DNA of 64,000 nucleotides. Source: an uncultured Verrucomicrobiota bacterium (GTDB lineage Bacteria > Verrucomicrobiota > Verrucomicrobiia > Limisphaerales > DTLC01). The position numbers and the translations under genes are program-made. Shown here piece after piece: positions 39,468 through 49,874 of this stretch. The stretch is from positions 72,557 through 136,556 of the forward strand of contig CAZKTA010000001.1 of assembly GCA_964555645.1 (NCBI GenBank). The letters run 5' to 3'. Positions within the stretch are counted from its first letter, which is position 1. Every line of letters begins with the position of its first letter. Under the pieces are notes generated by a model. The model was given only the letters and a program-made list of their open reading frames with translations. It had not been told where the DNA came from and ran no database searches.

Positions 39468-40790
39468 TCATAACTGTTTAATAGCCTTCGTTGCAGCCTG
39501 TACAGTGCGCTCGATGTCTGCTGCTGTGTGTGCGGTTGAAATAAAATTCGCCTCGAATTGCGAGGGTGCTATGTACACGCCGGTTTCGAGCATGTAGCGG
39601 AAAAATTTGCTGAACCGGTTGCGGTCGCTTGCCATAGCGTCTGCGAGGTTCCAGACCGGCTTATCAGTGAAGTAGATGCAAAACATCGAGCCGCAGCGGT
39701 TAAACGTGATCGGCACGCCTGCGGCTTTGGCGGCCTGTTTAATGCCCGCTTCGAGCTGCGCGCCCAGTTGCTCAAGCCGTTGGTAGGGTCGGTCACCTGA
39801 GCTGTCCGGTCGGGCACCCGAGGCGTCACTGGCTACTTCAAGCTCTTCGAGCGCGGCGATTCCAGCTGCCATAGCAAGCGGGTTACCACTCAATGTGCCG
39901 GCCTGATACACAGGACCCAGCGGTGCGAGCATGTCCATGATGTCCGCGCGTCCGCCGAATGCGCCAACGGGTAGCCCGCCACCAATTATTTTGCCCAAAC
40001 ACGTTAGATCAGGCGTGATCCCAAACTGCGCCTGGGCGCCGCCTGGGCCAAGCCTGAACCCGGTCATTACCTCGTCAAAGATTAGCAGTGCGCCGTGTGT
40101 TTGGGTGATTTGACGCAAGAACTCGAGGTAGCCCGGCTTCGGCAGATAAACCCCTGCGTTGCCTGGCACAGGCTCGAGGATAACCGCAGCAATTTGGCCT
40201 TTGTTGGCCGCGAATGCATGTTCGACTGCAGCAGTGTCGTTGAACGGTAATACAATTGTATGCTTGGCAAAGTCATCAGGAACACCGGCGCTGTCTGGGT
40301 AACCGAAAGTCAGCGCGCCACTGCCGGCACGCACCAGCAGTGAGTCAGCGTGCCCGTGGTAGCAGCCGTCGAATTTGATGATTTTGGTGCGTTTCGTGAA
40401 TGCGCGTGCAAGCCGTATAGCCGACATGCACGCTTCGGTGCCTGAGTTGCACATGCGGACTTTTTCGATGCTCGGCATGGCGGCGCGGATCAACTTTGCC
40501 ATGCGCACCTCGAGCGGGTTCGGCACGCCGAAACTTGTGCCGTTTTCTGCCGTCGCTTTAATGGCTGCAATTATACGTGGGTGCGCATGCCCAAGTATTG
40601 CCGGTCCCCAAGTGCACACGTAATCTATGTACTCGTTGCCGTCCACGTCCCATATGCGACTGCCTTGTGCGCGTTGGGCGAAGAACGGTTGCCCACCCAC
40701 AGCGCGGAACGCGCGCACAGGCGAGTTCACTCCGCCCGGGATGTATCTGAGTGCTTCTTGGAACAGCGCGGCTGATTTTGCCTGGGTCAT
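39468..40790 (-). CDS. hemL: Glutamate-1-semialdehyde 2,1-aminomutase
   Basis: ORF 39468..40844. The conserved start is [28 protein letters not shown] (ATG 40790, checked in sequence). The body matches aminotransferase class III. Confidence 0.9.
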   Translation of the reverse strand: MTQAKSAALFQEALRYIPGGVNSPVRAFRAVGGQPFFAQRAQGSRIWDVDGNEYIDYVCTWGPAILGHAHPRIIAAIKATAENGTSFGVPNPLEVRMAKLIRAAMPSIEKVRMCNSGTEACMSAIRLARAFTKRTKIIKFDGCYHGHADSLLVRAGSGALTFGYPDSAGVPDDFAKHTIVLPFNDTAAVEHAFAANKGQIAAVILEPVPGNAGVYLPKPGYLEFLRQITQTHGALLIFDEVMTGFRLGPGGAQAQFGITPDLTCLGKIIGGGLPVGAFGGRADIMDMLAPLGPVYQAGTLSGNPLAMAAGIAALEELEVASDASGARPDSSGDRPYQRLEQLGAQLEAGIKQAAKAAGVPITFNRCGSMFCIYFTDKPVWNLADAMASDRNRFSKFFRYMLETGVYIAPSQFEANFISTAHTAADIERTVQAATKAIKQL

Positions 40791-40850
40791 GTTCGATCTA
40801 CGGCAAGCAGGCGTTCCGAGCGTGCAGCAGGCCAGGTTCGGCAAGCAGAT

Positions 40851-42722
40851 TTAACGCTTCGACTGTTTCGGCCCGTATCGCAATCCGTACCCGAAGCTGA
40901 ACAGCGGGTCGTAATTTGCATCGCCAACATTGATCGGGACCTGACTCATCGAACGCGGCCAACTGCATGGCAGTTTACCGGTCGGATTGTAATCGCCGAA
41001 CAACACGTCTGCGACACCATCGCCCTCGGTTCCGGGCAGCCAAGCTGCAACTAACGCATCGCAAAGCTCGAGTGCTTCCCCCAGGATTAACGGCCGGCCG
41101 GACAACAACACTAGCACAACCGGTGCGCCGCCTGCCTTGGCATTTCGTAACACCTGCAGGTCGGGCTCGGGCAGTGCTAGGTCTTGGCGGTCGCCAACCC
41201 CTTCAGCGTAGGGTTTTTCACCTAGCACAACTACAGTGTAATCGGCGCCGGCTGCGCCATGGCCGTCTGTGTCAAACGTAACCGTTGTGGAGTCGTGCAC
41301 AGCGCGTCGGATTGCTTGCAGAATGGTTGTGCCACCGTCAATGACGTGGCCAGGTTTACCCTGCCACGTGATTGTCCAGCCGCCGCACTGGACGCCTATG
41401 TCGTCAGCGGCGGCACCGGCCACATGGATCCGGCTCGTCTTTTTTGGCAGTGGTAGGGCGGCCTTGTTGTTTTTTAATAGCACGAGCGATTGCCGGACGC
41501 ATTCGCGGGCGACCTTGCGATGCGCAGGCGAGCCAATCATACTCAGAAGCTTGCGGTCCGTAAACGGGCGTTCGAATAGCCCTAGCTCGAATTTGATCCG
41601 CAATATCCGGCGCACTGCGTCGTCAATTCGCGATTCATGAACCTGGCCCTCGCGCACGAGCGCTTCGAGTAGCTCGATGAACTGTACGTAATTGTTCGGT
41701 TTGGGCGGCCCGTCCGGTATCATAAACATGTCAATGCCCGCGTTAACTGCTGTTTTGATCTGAGTTTTGTAATCGCCCAACAACTGGTTGATCGCTGCCC
41801 AGTCGGAAATAACAATTCCCTTGAAACCCAGCTCGCTTTTTAGCACGTCGGTAATCAGGTAACGGTTGGCATGCATTTTGAGGCCGTTCCAACTGCTAAA
41901 TGAAACCATGATCGAGCCGACCCCGGCTTTTACTGCGGCTTGGTATGGGCGCAAAAACAAACTGCGCAGTGTGGCTTCGTCGCATGCGGTATCGCCTTGG
42001 TCTTTGCCGCCTGTTGTCCCACCGTCTCCGAGGTAATGCTTTGCGCAGGCAAGGATTGCGGTCGGAGCCGATAACCGACCTGATTGGAACCCGCGGATCG
42101 CCGCTACGCCAAGCTCAGCCACCAGGACCGGTTCTTCGGCAAACCCTTCGTATGTGCGTCCCCAGCGTTCGTCTCTGACCACGCTCACGGCCGGTGCGAA
42201 AGTCCAGTCAATGCCGGTTGCGGCAACTTCCGTAGCCGTGACCCGCGCTGCGCGTTCAACGAGCTTCGGGTTGCGTGTTGCGCCTAGCCCAATGTTATGC
42301 GGGAAAATAACCGCGCAGTTGACGTTGTTGTGGCCGTGCACAGCGTCAATGCCGTAGATTATCGGGATTTTAAGACGGTTCCGTAAAGCGCACCGTTGCA
42401 GCTCGTCGTATGTGTCAGCCCAGCCTTTCGGGCTGATATCTGGCGGGTCTGAATCACCCCCGCTCAGCACTGAACCGATGGTAAACTTTGCCAGATCATC
42501 TTTGTCAGCCAAGGCCAATAGATCGACCTGCACCATTTGACCGATTTTTTCGCGGAGTGTCATCTGCGCCAGTACCGCTGCGGCTTTAACATCGGCCTGG
42601 CTGCCAGAGGTTTGGAACTGGTAGGCCGCCACAGCTCGACTGCAAACGCCTGTTGCGCAAACAATTAAAGTCCAAAGCATCGTGGTTCGTAGCATTTCAG
42701 CGATTGGTTTCATGGTTAGCAA
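40851..42722 (-). CDS. Secreted GH3-family beta-glucosidase / glucan exo-glucosidase
   Basis: Signal-like N-terminus, then GH3 blocks [33 protein letters not shown] and [10 protein letters not shown]. The C-terminal GH3 domain contains VLLSGRP. Confidence 0.8.
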   Translation of the reverse strand: MLTMKPIAEMLRTTMLWTLIVCATGVCSRAVAAYQFQTSGSQADVKAAAVLAQMTLREKIGQMVQVDLLALADKDDLAKFTIGSVLSGGDSDPPDISPKGWADTYDELQRCALRNRLKIPIIYGIDAVHGHNNVNCAVIFPHNIGLGATRNPKLVERAARVTATEVAATGIDWTFAPAVSVVRDERWGRTYEGFAEEPVLVAELGVAAIRGFQSGRLSAPTAILACAKHYLGDGGTTGGKDQGDTACDEATLRSLFLRPYQAAVKAGVGSIMVSFSSWNGLKMHANRYLITDVLKSELGFKGIVISDWAAINQLLGDYKTQIKTAVNAGIDMFMIPDGPPKPNNYVQFIELLEALVREGQVHESRIDDAVRRILRIKFELGLFERPFTDRKLLSMIGSPAHRKVARECVRQSLVLLKNNKAALPLPKKTSRIHVAGAAADDIGVQCGGWTITWQGKPGHVIDGGTTILQAIRRAVHDSTTVTFDTDGHGAAGADYTVVVLGEKPYAEGVGDRQDLALPEPDLQVLRNAKAGGAPVVLVLLSGRPLILGEALELCDALVAAWLPGTEGDGVADVLFGDYNPTGKLPCSWPRSMSQVPINVGDANYDPLFSFGYGLRYGPKQSKR

Positions 42723-42735
42723 TAACTGTTAAGGG

Positions 42736-43272
42736 TTACTGGCCGAAAAACGTCCTTAGCAATGTACCTTTCTCCGTGATTACAACTGCACCCGGCCGAA
42801 TGCCGTGCCGATCGAACCAACCTTGGCGTACCTCGAGCACAAATTGGACATTTGATGACCAGGATCGTACGCCTTTTTCGTCGCCGGGCTGCAGGTCGGT
42901 CGTTTGGAGCAATGTCCCGTCCGGTGCAATAAACGCTACGGATAGCGGAATCAGGCAGTTCCGGCCGTAAAAGTTCTTCGGGCCAGGCGCAGAGAACACA
43001 AACAGCATGCCTTCGTTCTCGTTCAGGTTTGTCCGGAACATCATGCCAGTGGCGATCTCGACCGGCTTGCGCGCTATCTCGGCAACCAGCTCGTGCTCGC
43101 CCAGGCGCAGTTTGACAGTTGGCAATTTTGGCAGTGCATGCAATAAGTGCCCGTGCACAGGGTCAACTTTGGCAACTGACTGCGGTGTATTTACGGCTCT
43201 TTTACAGCCGGTAAGCACAACACACACACTCCAAGCTAGCATGACTAGGGCATAGCGTTTCATCGCGGGCAT
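42736..43272 (-). CDS. DUF192-family lipoprotein
   Basis: ORF 42736..43338. I chose the start at MPAMKRYALVMLAWSVCVVLTGC, which has a lipobox-like LTGC. The DUF192-like block is TGMMFRTNLNENEGMLFVF..LSVAFIAPDG. Confidence 0.65.
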   Translation of the reverse strand: MPAMKRYALVMLAWSVCVVLTGCKRAVNTPQSVAKVDPVHGHLLHALPKLPTVKLRLGEHELVAEIARKPVEIATGMMFRTNLNENEGMLFVFSAPGPKNFYGRNCLIPLSVAFIAPDGTLLQTTDLQPGDEKGVRSWSSNVQFVLEVRQGWFDRHGIRPGAVVITEKGTLLRTFFGQ

Positions 43273-43464
43273 GATGTTCTCACGAACGAGGTTTTTCAGT
43301 TGTCGGTTTGTCGTGTTGAACATGACGAAAACCCGCAAAATCTGAGTTTTGTAAAAACTTGAATTGTACGTTGCACAAATGTGTGATAGAGTTTAGGTGT
43401 GCCTCGGGTTTTTGTCACGTTGAACGTATTCGGGCGCAGGTTTATCTAATTTTCCGGGTTTACC

Positions 43465-43911
43465 ATGAAAACCAAACTTGTTGTTGTAGCTGACTTAGGG
43501 TTGCTCAGAGCATACAAGCTTTACCGAAATGAAACAGGCGCATCACCCCGACTTGAACTTATAGAAGAGATCGAGCTGAATGAAGCGCATCAGAGGCTAA
43601 CTGATTTAGTGTCTGACCAGGCCGGGCGATTTGCTAGTAGCGGTTCTGCGGGCGCATCATCAGGCGAACGACATAATATCGAGCTTGAACAACGCAAACG
43701 GCTCATAAAACAACTGGCAGAGCGTCTGACTGCACTGTTGCGAGCTGTTGACGTTGATGCGTGTTATTTTGCCGCCAGCAGGGAAATCAATCACAAGATG
43801 CTAGAGCTGTTACCGCACGACATTCGCGCTAAGATTACAAAAAATATCTCGGCTGACCTGACCAAACTAGGTAAAGCCGAGTTGTTGGACCGTTTCATGG
43901 CCGAGCCGTAA
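43465..43911 (+). CDS. Host-attachment-protein-family (PF10116-like) protein of unknown function
   Basis: The pattern KLVVVADLGLLRAYKL .. GRF.SSGSAG.. .. ERLTALL .. YFAASREINHKMLELLP .. ISADLTKL matches my recollection of this family's layout. It is not verified by any search. Confidence 0.55.
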   Translation: MKTKLVVVADLGLLRAYKLYRNETGASPRLELIEEIELNEAHQRLTDLVSDQAGRFASSGSAGASSGERHNIELEQRKRLIKQLAERLTALLRAVDVDACYFAASREINHKMLELLPHDIRAKITKNISADLTKLGKAELLDRFMAEP

Positions 43912-44113
43912 GAGGCACAAGAAGAGTACCCGGCAATAATCTTTCTATTCCGATGCGAAGGCGCTTCGGTTATCGCCGCGCTCGAGTGCTATTCAAGCAA
44001 CAATCCTCAGTACGGGTGGGCCTGGCGTCGTTTTTTGGTGGCCGTTGGTTCGCTTGCTATGGATGGTGTCATTTGGTTACCGTTTTGACAAATTAACCTT
44101 TTGACTGAACACG

Positions 44114-45352
44114 ATGGCGTATTTGAACGAAAATTTTTTGAAGCTCAAAACTGGCTATTTGTTTCCAGAGATCACCCGACGCGTGCGCGCGTTTCGCGAG
44201 GCGAACCCAGAGGCTGCCAAGCGCTTGATCAGTTGCGGCATCGGGGATGTAACCGAGCCGTTGCCGCACGCTGCTATTGCAGCCATGCATAAGGCAGTAG
44301 ATGACCTTGCCGCACGGGAAACATTCAGGGGTTACGGGCCTGAACAAGGCTACGAATGGCTCAGGGCCGCTATAGCAGAAAACGATTATCGTACGCGCGG
44401 ATGCGACGTGGCAGACGACGAAATTTTTGTGAGCGACGGCGCAAAATGCGACACTGCGAATATCCTCGATATCCTAGGACACAAGAACAAAATTGCCGTG
44501 GCAGACCCGGTTTACCCTGTCTATGTGGACACCAACGTGATGGCCGGACACACCGGTCCGGCAAACACCGCCGGCCGTTATAGCCGGCTGGTTTACCTAC
44601 CGGCCACCCCGCACAATGGGTTCGTACCCGAGCCGCCCAAGCGGCCTGTGGACGTGATTTACCTTTGCTCGCCAAATAACCCGACCGGCGCAGCCGCGTC
44701 GCGTGAGCAGCTTCAAGCCTGGGTCAATTACGCGCTCGTGCACAGGGCGATCATATTATTCGACGCGGCATACGAGGCGTACATTACAGACCCGGCTCTG
44801 CCGCGTTCAATTTACGAAATCCCGGGTGCGCGCGAGTGCGCAATCGAATTCCGCAGTTTCTCAAAGAACGGAGGGTTCACCGGCGTGCGGTGTGCGTTCA
44901 CTGTTGTGCCTAAGTCGCTTCGGGCAGCTACACGGAAAGGCGAGTTACACCCACTGCATGCGTTGTGGCTGCGGCGTATGACCACCAAGTTCAACGGCGT
45001 TTCGTACATCACGCAACGCGGTGCCGAGGCGCTTTACTCGCCCGAGGGCAAGGCTCAGGTCCGCGCGCTTATCAGTCATTACCTTGGCAATGCAAAGGTG
45101 CTGTGTGAAGGTCTAGCGAAAGCGGGTCTGACAGTGTACGGGGGTGTAAATGCGCCATATCTATGGGTTAAGTTGCCCGATGGCGTGTCCAGTTGGGACG
45201 CGTTTGATAAGATTCTGCGTGACGCAAATGTGATTGTGACCCCGGGCAGCGGCTTCGGCGCAAATGGTGAAGGCTACATTCGTGTGAGCGCATACAACAG
45301 TCGCGCCAACGCTGAGGAAGCCGCCCGCAGGTTTCAGACGTTAAAATGGTAA
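44114..45352 (+). CDS. dapL: LL-diaminopimelate aminotransferase
   Basis: N-terminus [24 protein letters not shown], plus [12 protein letters not shown], the aminotransferase class I body [10 protein letters not shown] (PLP Lys) and YIRVSAYN. Confidence 0.85.
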   Translation: MAYLNENFLKLKTGYLFPEITRRVRAFREANPEAAKRLISCGIGDVTEPLPHAAIAAMHKAVDDLAARETFRGYGPEQGYEWLRAAIAENDYRTRGCDVADDEIFVSDGAKCDTANILDILGHKNKIAVADPVYPVYVDTNVMAGHTGPANTAGRYSRLVYLPATPHNGFVPEPPKRPVDVIYLCSPNNPTGAAASREQLQAWVNYALVHRAIILFDAAYEAYITDPALPRSIYEIPGARECAIEFRSFSKNGGFTGVRCAFTVVPKSLRAATRKGELHPLHALWLRRMTTKFNGVSYITQRGAEALYSPEGKAQVRALISHYLGNAKVLCEGLAKAGLTVYGGVNAPYLWVKLPDGVSSWDAFDKILRDANVIVTPGSGFGANGEGYIRVSAYNSRANAEEAARRFQTLKW

Positions 45353-45506
45353 AGCAACACAGGGCTGGCAACCGCCGGCTTGACGGGTTAGAAAGGTGAT
45401 TTTTATGCATCCAGTTCCCCCGGTTGTGCCGCTCAATTTTGCAACGTCGGCGCTTGCGGTATTTGGGATGATTGCCTGTAGGCTGGATTGTATTGCTTGG
45501 CTCGGC

Positions 45507-45533
45507 TAAAAAAAGCTGTTACTGACGTAACAG
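45507..45533 (-). terminator. Intrinsic terminator after the ferritin-like/VIT1 gene
   Basis: The minus strand reads GCTGTTAC-GTCA-GTAACAGC followed by TTTTTTT, about 20 nt after the stop at 45552. Confidence 0.7.
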
Positions 45534-45551
45534 AAGCACAGCGTTTTCGTG

Positions 45552-46448
45552 TTAAACTTCGATGCCGAAAACTGTTCTTACGATATACCCGAGGCCGAAA
45601 CTGACTGTTGCAACGCCGAAACTAATTGCTGCCATTTCGGCGAATTGACGCCAGAAGGGCCGGTCGAGCGCAACGGCAACATAGAAATTGAACAGTGCAA
45701 TTATCCCGACTGACAGGCCAAGCATAACAAGCAAGCTCAGTAAAGGCGGGCTCAAAAGCAGATACGGCAGCACAAGCAGTAGCACAGTCACAATGTACGC
45801 AAGCCCGGTGTAGGCGGCGGATTTGAACGGGTGTTTGCCTGTCGCCTCGGCTTTTGTTGATAAGTACTCGGACGCGGCCATTGAAAGCGCTGCCGCGACA
45901 CCGACAATCACGCCTGTGACAGCGATAAGTCTGCCGTTTTGGAACGCCAATGTCAGGCCAGCCAGCGCACCAGTCAGTTCAACTAGCGCGTCATTCAGTC
46001 CCAAAACGACCGAGCCTACGTAATCGAGGTACTCTTCCTCAATCATCGCGATGAGCTTGTCCTCATGCTCGGCTTCGTCCTTGAAAATTTCTTGTAGCAC
46101 AGGGGCGTGCACCAGGTGTGCTTTGTAGTTTGCCTGTGCGCGTTCTTCTCCTTTCTCCATCAACTTGAGCCCGAACGTCAGGCCAAAAAGTCGCGCCAGC
46201 CAGTAAAACAGCAGCAGGCGCAACTTTTTCGGTTGCGCATCACGCTTTGTTAGCTCGCGTAACTGGTTGTAGTGCCGGAGCTCTTCCTGCGCGATGCTCA
46301 GTAGGGTCTCCCTATTCTTTGGGTTCTTGGCGCAACTGGCAAGGCGTGTGTAAAGATTGTACTCCGTGATCTCGATGGCTTGGTATGCGGCAAGTGTCTG
46401 GACGATTGCCTGGTCGAGTCCGCTGTGTTTTTCACGTTGGTCGCTCAT
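45552..46448 (-). CDS. Ferritin-like (erythrin) domain fused to a VIT1/CCC1 metal transporter (MbfA-like iron exporter)
   Basis: The N-terminal four-helix-bundle-like region has EITEYNLY..QEELRHY..KDEAEHE metal-ligand patterns. The C-terminal VIT1-like membrane domain contains GLNDALVELTGALAG and SMAASEYLS. Confidence 0.75.
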   Translation of the reverse strand: MSDQREKHSGLDQAIVQTLAAYQAIEITEYNLYTRLASCAKNPKNRETLLSIAQEELRHYNQLRELTKRDAQPKKLRLLLFYWLARLFGLTFGLKLMEKGEERAQANYKAHLVHAPVLQEIFKDEAEHEDKLIAMIEEEYLDYVGSVVLGLNDALVELTGALAGLTLAFQNGRLIAVTGVIVGVAAALSMAASEYLSTKAEATGKHPFKSAAYTGLAYIVTVLLLVLPYLLLSPPLLSLLVMLGLSVGIIALFNFYVAVALDRPFWRQFAEMAAISFGVATVSFGLGYIVRTVFGIEV

Positions 46449-46612
46449 GGGCCTTCGTGCAGGTTTGAAGCAGATTTTGTCATATAGTGCTGCAGATGCA
46501 AGACGGGTGCGCCCTCAAAGGCTTTGTTAAGGGTTCAGATTGGCTTTTTGCGTAAAGGCCGTGTCTCGGCGCCTGAGATTTTGTTTGGCGCTTATCTGGG
46601 CAATTTGTTTGT

Positions 46613-47359
46613 TTATGCTGCTTTTACAGTTTTTAGCGCTGCGTAGCGTTCGGCCACAAAATCCCAGTTGATTACGTTCCACCATGCAGCGACGTAATCG
46701 GCGCGGCGGTTTTGGTACTTGAGGTAGTACGCATGTTCCCAAACGTCCAGGCCGAGCAAAGGTAACCGGCCCACGCTGAGGGGTGTATCTTGATTTGGCG
46801 TGGACTCGATCCGCAATTCGCTGGTATCAGTTGTCAACCATGCCCACCCGCTGCCGAACACGCCCAGAGCAGCTTTTGTAAACTCGTCTTTGAACGCACT
46901 AAAGCTGCCGAACCGTTTTTCGATTGCGCGCGCAAGCTCGCCTTTTGGCTCGCCGCCGCCGTTTCTTTTCATCATCTGCCAGAACAACGAATGGTTGTAG
47001 TGGCCACCGCCGTTGTTGCGGACAGCAGTGCGGATTTTCTCTGGCATGCGGCTTAGATCACGCAGGATTTGTTCAATGGACATCGCGCGGAACTGGTCGC
47101 CATACTCGTTTATTGCCCGATTTAAATTGGCTACGTAAGCGGCGTGATGTTTGCCATGGTGAATCTCCATGGTGCGTGCGTCAATGTGCGGCTCGAGCGC
47201 ATCAACTGGGTACGGCAGAGCCGGCAATATAAATGGACCGTCTGGCGTAGCTGCGTTTTGTGGCGGGGTTGCACCGGTTTGCGCCAGTTGTCCGGCTGCA
47301 ACGGTTGTACCTGCCGCGGCAAACGCGGCAGCCTTTAATGCGTCTCTTCTTGTCATCAT
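46613..47359 (-). CDS. Fe/Mn superoxide dismutase with a twin-arginine (Tat) signal peptide
   Basis: ORF 46613..47671 was trimmed to [23 protein letters not shown] (ATG 47359, checked in sequence). SOD blocks are [36 protein letters not shown] and [18 protein letters not shown]. Confidence 0.85.
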   Translation of the reverse strand: MMTRRDALKAAAFAAAGTTVAAGQLAQTGATPPQNAATPDGPFILPALPYPVDALEPHIDARTMEIHHGKHHAAYVANLNRAINEYGDQFRAMSIEQILRDLSRMPEKIRTAVRNNGGGHYNHSLFWQMMKRNGGGEPKGELARAIEKRFGSFSAFKDEFTKAALGVFGSGWAWLTTDTSELRIESTPNQDTPLSVGRLPLLGLDVWEHAYYLKYQNRRADYVAAWWNVINWDFVAERYAALKTVKAA

Positions 47360-47656
47360 ATGCTTTGCCTGTCTAATCGATTTAACACAACATAGCATCA
47401 AAACGCCTTTTGCCAAATTGCCGCAGCCAGATGTTACAGGGAATTTTACTCCCGGCATGAGTCTCAGCAAAGCTGGTGGTGGGATATCAAAAAGTTGCAG
47501 AAGCTTTTTTTGGTTATAAGTGAACCCTAGTCTCGGAGTAAAGTTACCGTGCAAGCCTAAAGGTTGGACCGCAAGCACCCGGTTTCGGTTTACGCCTCGG
47601 CTTGTGTTTTGTGTCCGCAGTTCACGCTCCACCGTGCGCGGTTTGACCTTGTAAGA

Positions 47657-47890
47657 ATGTTCACGGTTCACAACAGCCTACAAGCCGGACTGCGAACTTC
47701 TCCATGGTTTGTCTTTCAGAGGTTGGGGGATATCGTACGCAAAAGAACGTGCGTGTGTGGTTCGGGTTACCGGAAAGACAAATGTCGAAGCATCGGCTAC
47801 AATGAGATCGGCGCTTGTGCACGTGGGATTAATTTTGCCATTAGGCATGGCTTGACGTCCTTGGACAATGCTCTCGCCCCCGATTCTTGA
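47657..47890 (+). CDS. Hypothetical small protein with a SEC-C-like CxCGSG motif (tentative)
   Basis: This is the only motif-bearing ORF in a 683-bp gap. It reads [17 protein letters not shown], compared with the SecA C-terminal CPCGSGKKYKQCH. There is no clear RBS, and the start could be TTG 47564 or ATG 47657. It may not be a gene. Confidence 0.25.
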   Translation: MFTVHNSLQAGLRTSPWFVFQRLGDIVRKRTCVCGSGYRKDKCRSIGYNEIGACARGINFAIRHGLTSLDNALAPDS

Positions 47891-48042
47891 ACCCGTGCTC
47901 GATTGCTTAGCCAAACATAAAATGCGGTCTGAGTCAGCAGCTCTTTTCCACGCTACAGGCGGCGAGGCTGACATGTTACGAACCCTGCTTTTATGGTTTT
48001 TGGCAGATTGTTCCGGACCGGCTGGTTCGGCATATTCAGCAC

Positions 48043-49299
48043 GTGACGGATGCGCAAATCATAGCCTTGGTTGTTGCAGGTTTGATCCTGGCCAGGTTAG
48101 GCGTGGCTCTTTGGCTTGCCCGACTAAACCGGAGTTACGTGCGGGCGCATGCGGATGCAGTGCCCGAGCAATTTCGCAGCTTAATTGACGAACCGACCTA
48201 CGCAAAGGCTGTCCAGTACACGCTGGCTAAAAACCGGTTTGGCCAGGTCAGTGAAGTTTACAACACGCTGGTTTTGCTTTTTGTGTTGTATAGCGGTGTG
48301 TTACCGCTAGGCTACGCAATTGCAGCCAGGCATTTTGGGGTGTCTGCATGGGCCATGAGCGCTTTTTTGGTTTGTGTGGTTCTGTTCTTACAACTGTTCG
48401 ACCTGCCATTAGATTGGTACGCAATGTTCAAGCTCGAGCAAAAGTTCGGGTTCAACACGTCAACTTTGCGCACATGGATGACGGACAAGCTTAAAGAGGT
48501 TTTGTTGACAGTCTTGCTATTGTTTCCAGTCGCTGCAGTTGTTCTTGAGTTGTTCGAGCCGAGGCACAGATTTGGATGGTTTTGTGCGTGGTTGGTACTT
48601 ATGTGCATTCAGTTGCTGATAATTTTTATCGCACCGGTGTTTATTCTGCCCATTTTCAACAAGTTTACTCCATTGCCTGAAGGCGAACTGCGTCAGCGGT
48701 TGTTTGCCCTGGCAAACCGTGCCGGCTTTCGCGTACGTAACATCGAGCTGATGGACGGTAGCAGGCGCACGCGGCACTCGAATGCATTTTTCACCGGCTT
48801 GGGACCGTTCAGGAAGATTGTGCTGTTCGATACGCTGATCGAGCAGTTAACTGTGCCGGAAGCTGAAGCAGTCTTGGCACATGAAATTGGTCATTTCAAA
48901 CTCAAACATGTCCCGATCCGGATCGTGTTATCTGCGGTGGGATCGTTTTTGGGTCTTTGGGCAGTTTCGGTTATTGCGCGGGCCGATGCATTCAGTACTG
49001 CGTTCGGGTTCGAGCCTGGCAACGCAGCGCCGGCACTGGTGCTGTTCGTGCTATTGGCTGGTGTAGTCGGGTTTTGGCTCATGCCGATTGCGCACGGCTT
49101 GTCACGTCACCATGAGCATGCCGCAGATAAATTTGCTGCAAAGATTACGGGTGGACCGGCGGCATTAATCAGTGCATTACGCAAACTTGAAGAGAAAAAT
49201 CTTGGTAACCTAACGCCGCATCCGCTGTTCAGCAGGTTCTACTATTCGCATCCGACGTTGCTCGAACGCGAACGCGCTTTGCAAGGCCAACCGACCTGA
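48043..49299 (+). CDS. M48 (Ste24/HtpX-like) membrane zinc metalloprotease
   Basis: HEIGHFKLKH zinc motif, multiple TM segments, and an N-terminal region like the Ste24 N-domain. The start is GTG. Confidence 0.8.
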   Translation: MTDAQIIALVVAGLILARLGVALWLARLNRSYVRAHADAVPEQFRSLIDEPTYAKAVQYTLAKNRFGQVSEVYNTLVLLFVLYSGVLPLGYAIAARHFGVSAWAMSAFLVCVVLFLQLFDLPLDWYAMFKLEQKFGFNTSTLRTWMTDKLKEVLLTVLLLFPVAAVVLELFEPRHRFGWFCAWLVLMCIQLLIIFIAPVFILPIFNKFTPLPEGELRQRLFALANRAGFRVRNIELMDGSRRTRHSNAFFTGLGPFRKIVLFDTLIEQLTVPEAEAVLAHEIGHFKLKHVPIRIVLSAVGSFLGLWAVSVIARADAFSTAFGFEPGNAAPALVLFVLLAGVVGFWLMPIAHGLSRHHEHAADKFAAKITGGPAALISALRKLEEKNLGNLTPHPLFSRFYYSHPTLLERERALQGQPT

Positions 49300-49578
49300 T
49301 CACTCAACCACACGCACGCTGTTGCATGTGCCGAAAGGGTTCGGCACGCGCTCCGAACATTGCGTGTCCTCCTGCCACTGGTTATCCACGATAAACTTGT
49401 ACTGGTAGCAACCCGGCGGTAGCGACACCGTTTTAACCCATGTACCATCGGCCTGCTTACGCAACGCAATTGGTGCGGCTTCCCAATTTGTGAAGTCACC
49501 GGCCACTGCAACCGACCGCGCCGTCGGCGCGAAACACTTAAACGTAACCTTGCGCTTATCCGTTATTCGTCTTGCCAT
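49300..49578 (-). CDS. Small CBM48 / AMPK-beta-type glycogen-binding (early set) domain protein
   Basis: ORF 49300..49638. It contains VTFKCFAPTARSVAVAGDFTNWE and GCYQYKFIVDNQW. I chose the start at MARRITDKRK (ATG 49578), which is uncertain. Confidence 0.7.
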   Translation of the reverse strand: MARRITDKRKVTFKCFAPTARSVAVAGDFTNWEAAPIALRKQADGTWVKTVSLPPGCYQYKFIVDNQWQEDTQCSERVPNPFGTCNSVRVVE

Positions 49579-49874
49579 AGTTGTTTGATTTTCTTGGTGT
49601 AGAACTCGGCTATAAATTTGCTTACTACTTTGCAGCATCTCGGTTCGCGGTCAAGTCGAATGCCATCAAAACCGTTCCTTGTTGGTAAAACGTTACGTGG
49701 ACGTAACATAGAGGGGTGAGGTGCTAATTTCCTTATATGTTTTGTGCCGGTTTGGCACTCGCCGTTTCGCTGGGCGCAACCCGGCCCGCGGCTTCTGTCT
49801 TGTGAGGTTGTGTTTTTGGACCAAATCAAGTGGCCATGACAGTGCGCATTTGGTAATTTTGCCGGCGCGTGGTT

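Noticed and set aside
46613-47671. Long N-terminal extensions in ORF-track calls. Examples are SOD to 47671, lptD from 32135, the DUF1080 gene from 11565 (through tRNA-Leu), rplK from 56506, rplJ from 57683 and glk to 13857.
   Set aside because: In each case the conserved family N-terminus or signal peptide begins at an internal Met. The extension is non-conserved-looking or overlaps another feature, so I trimmed the starts.
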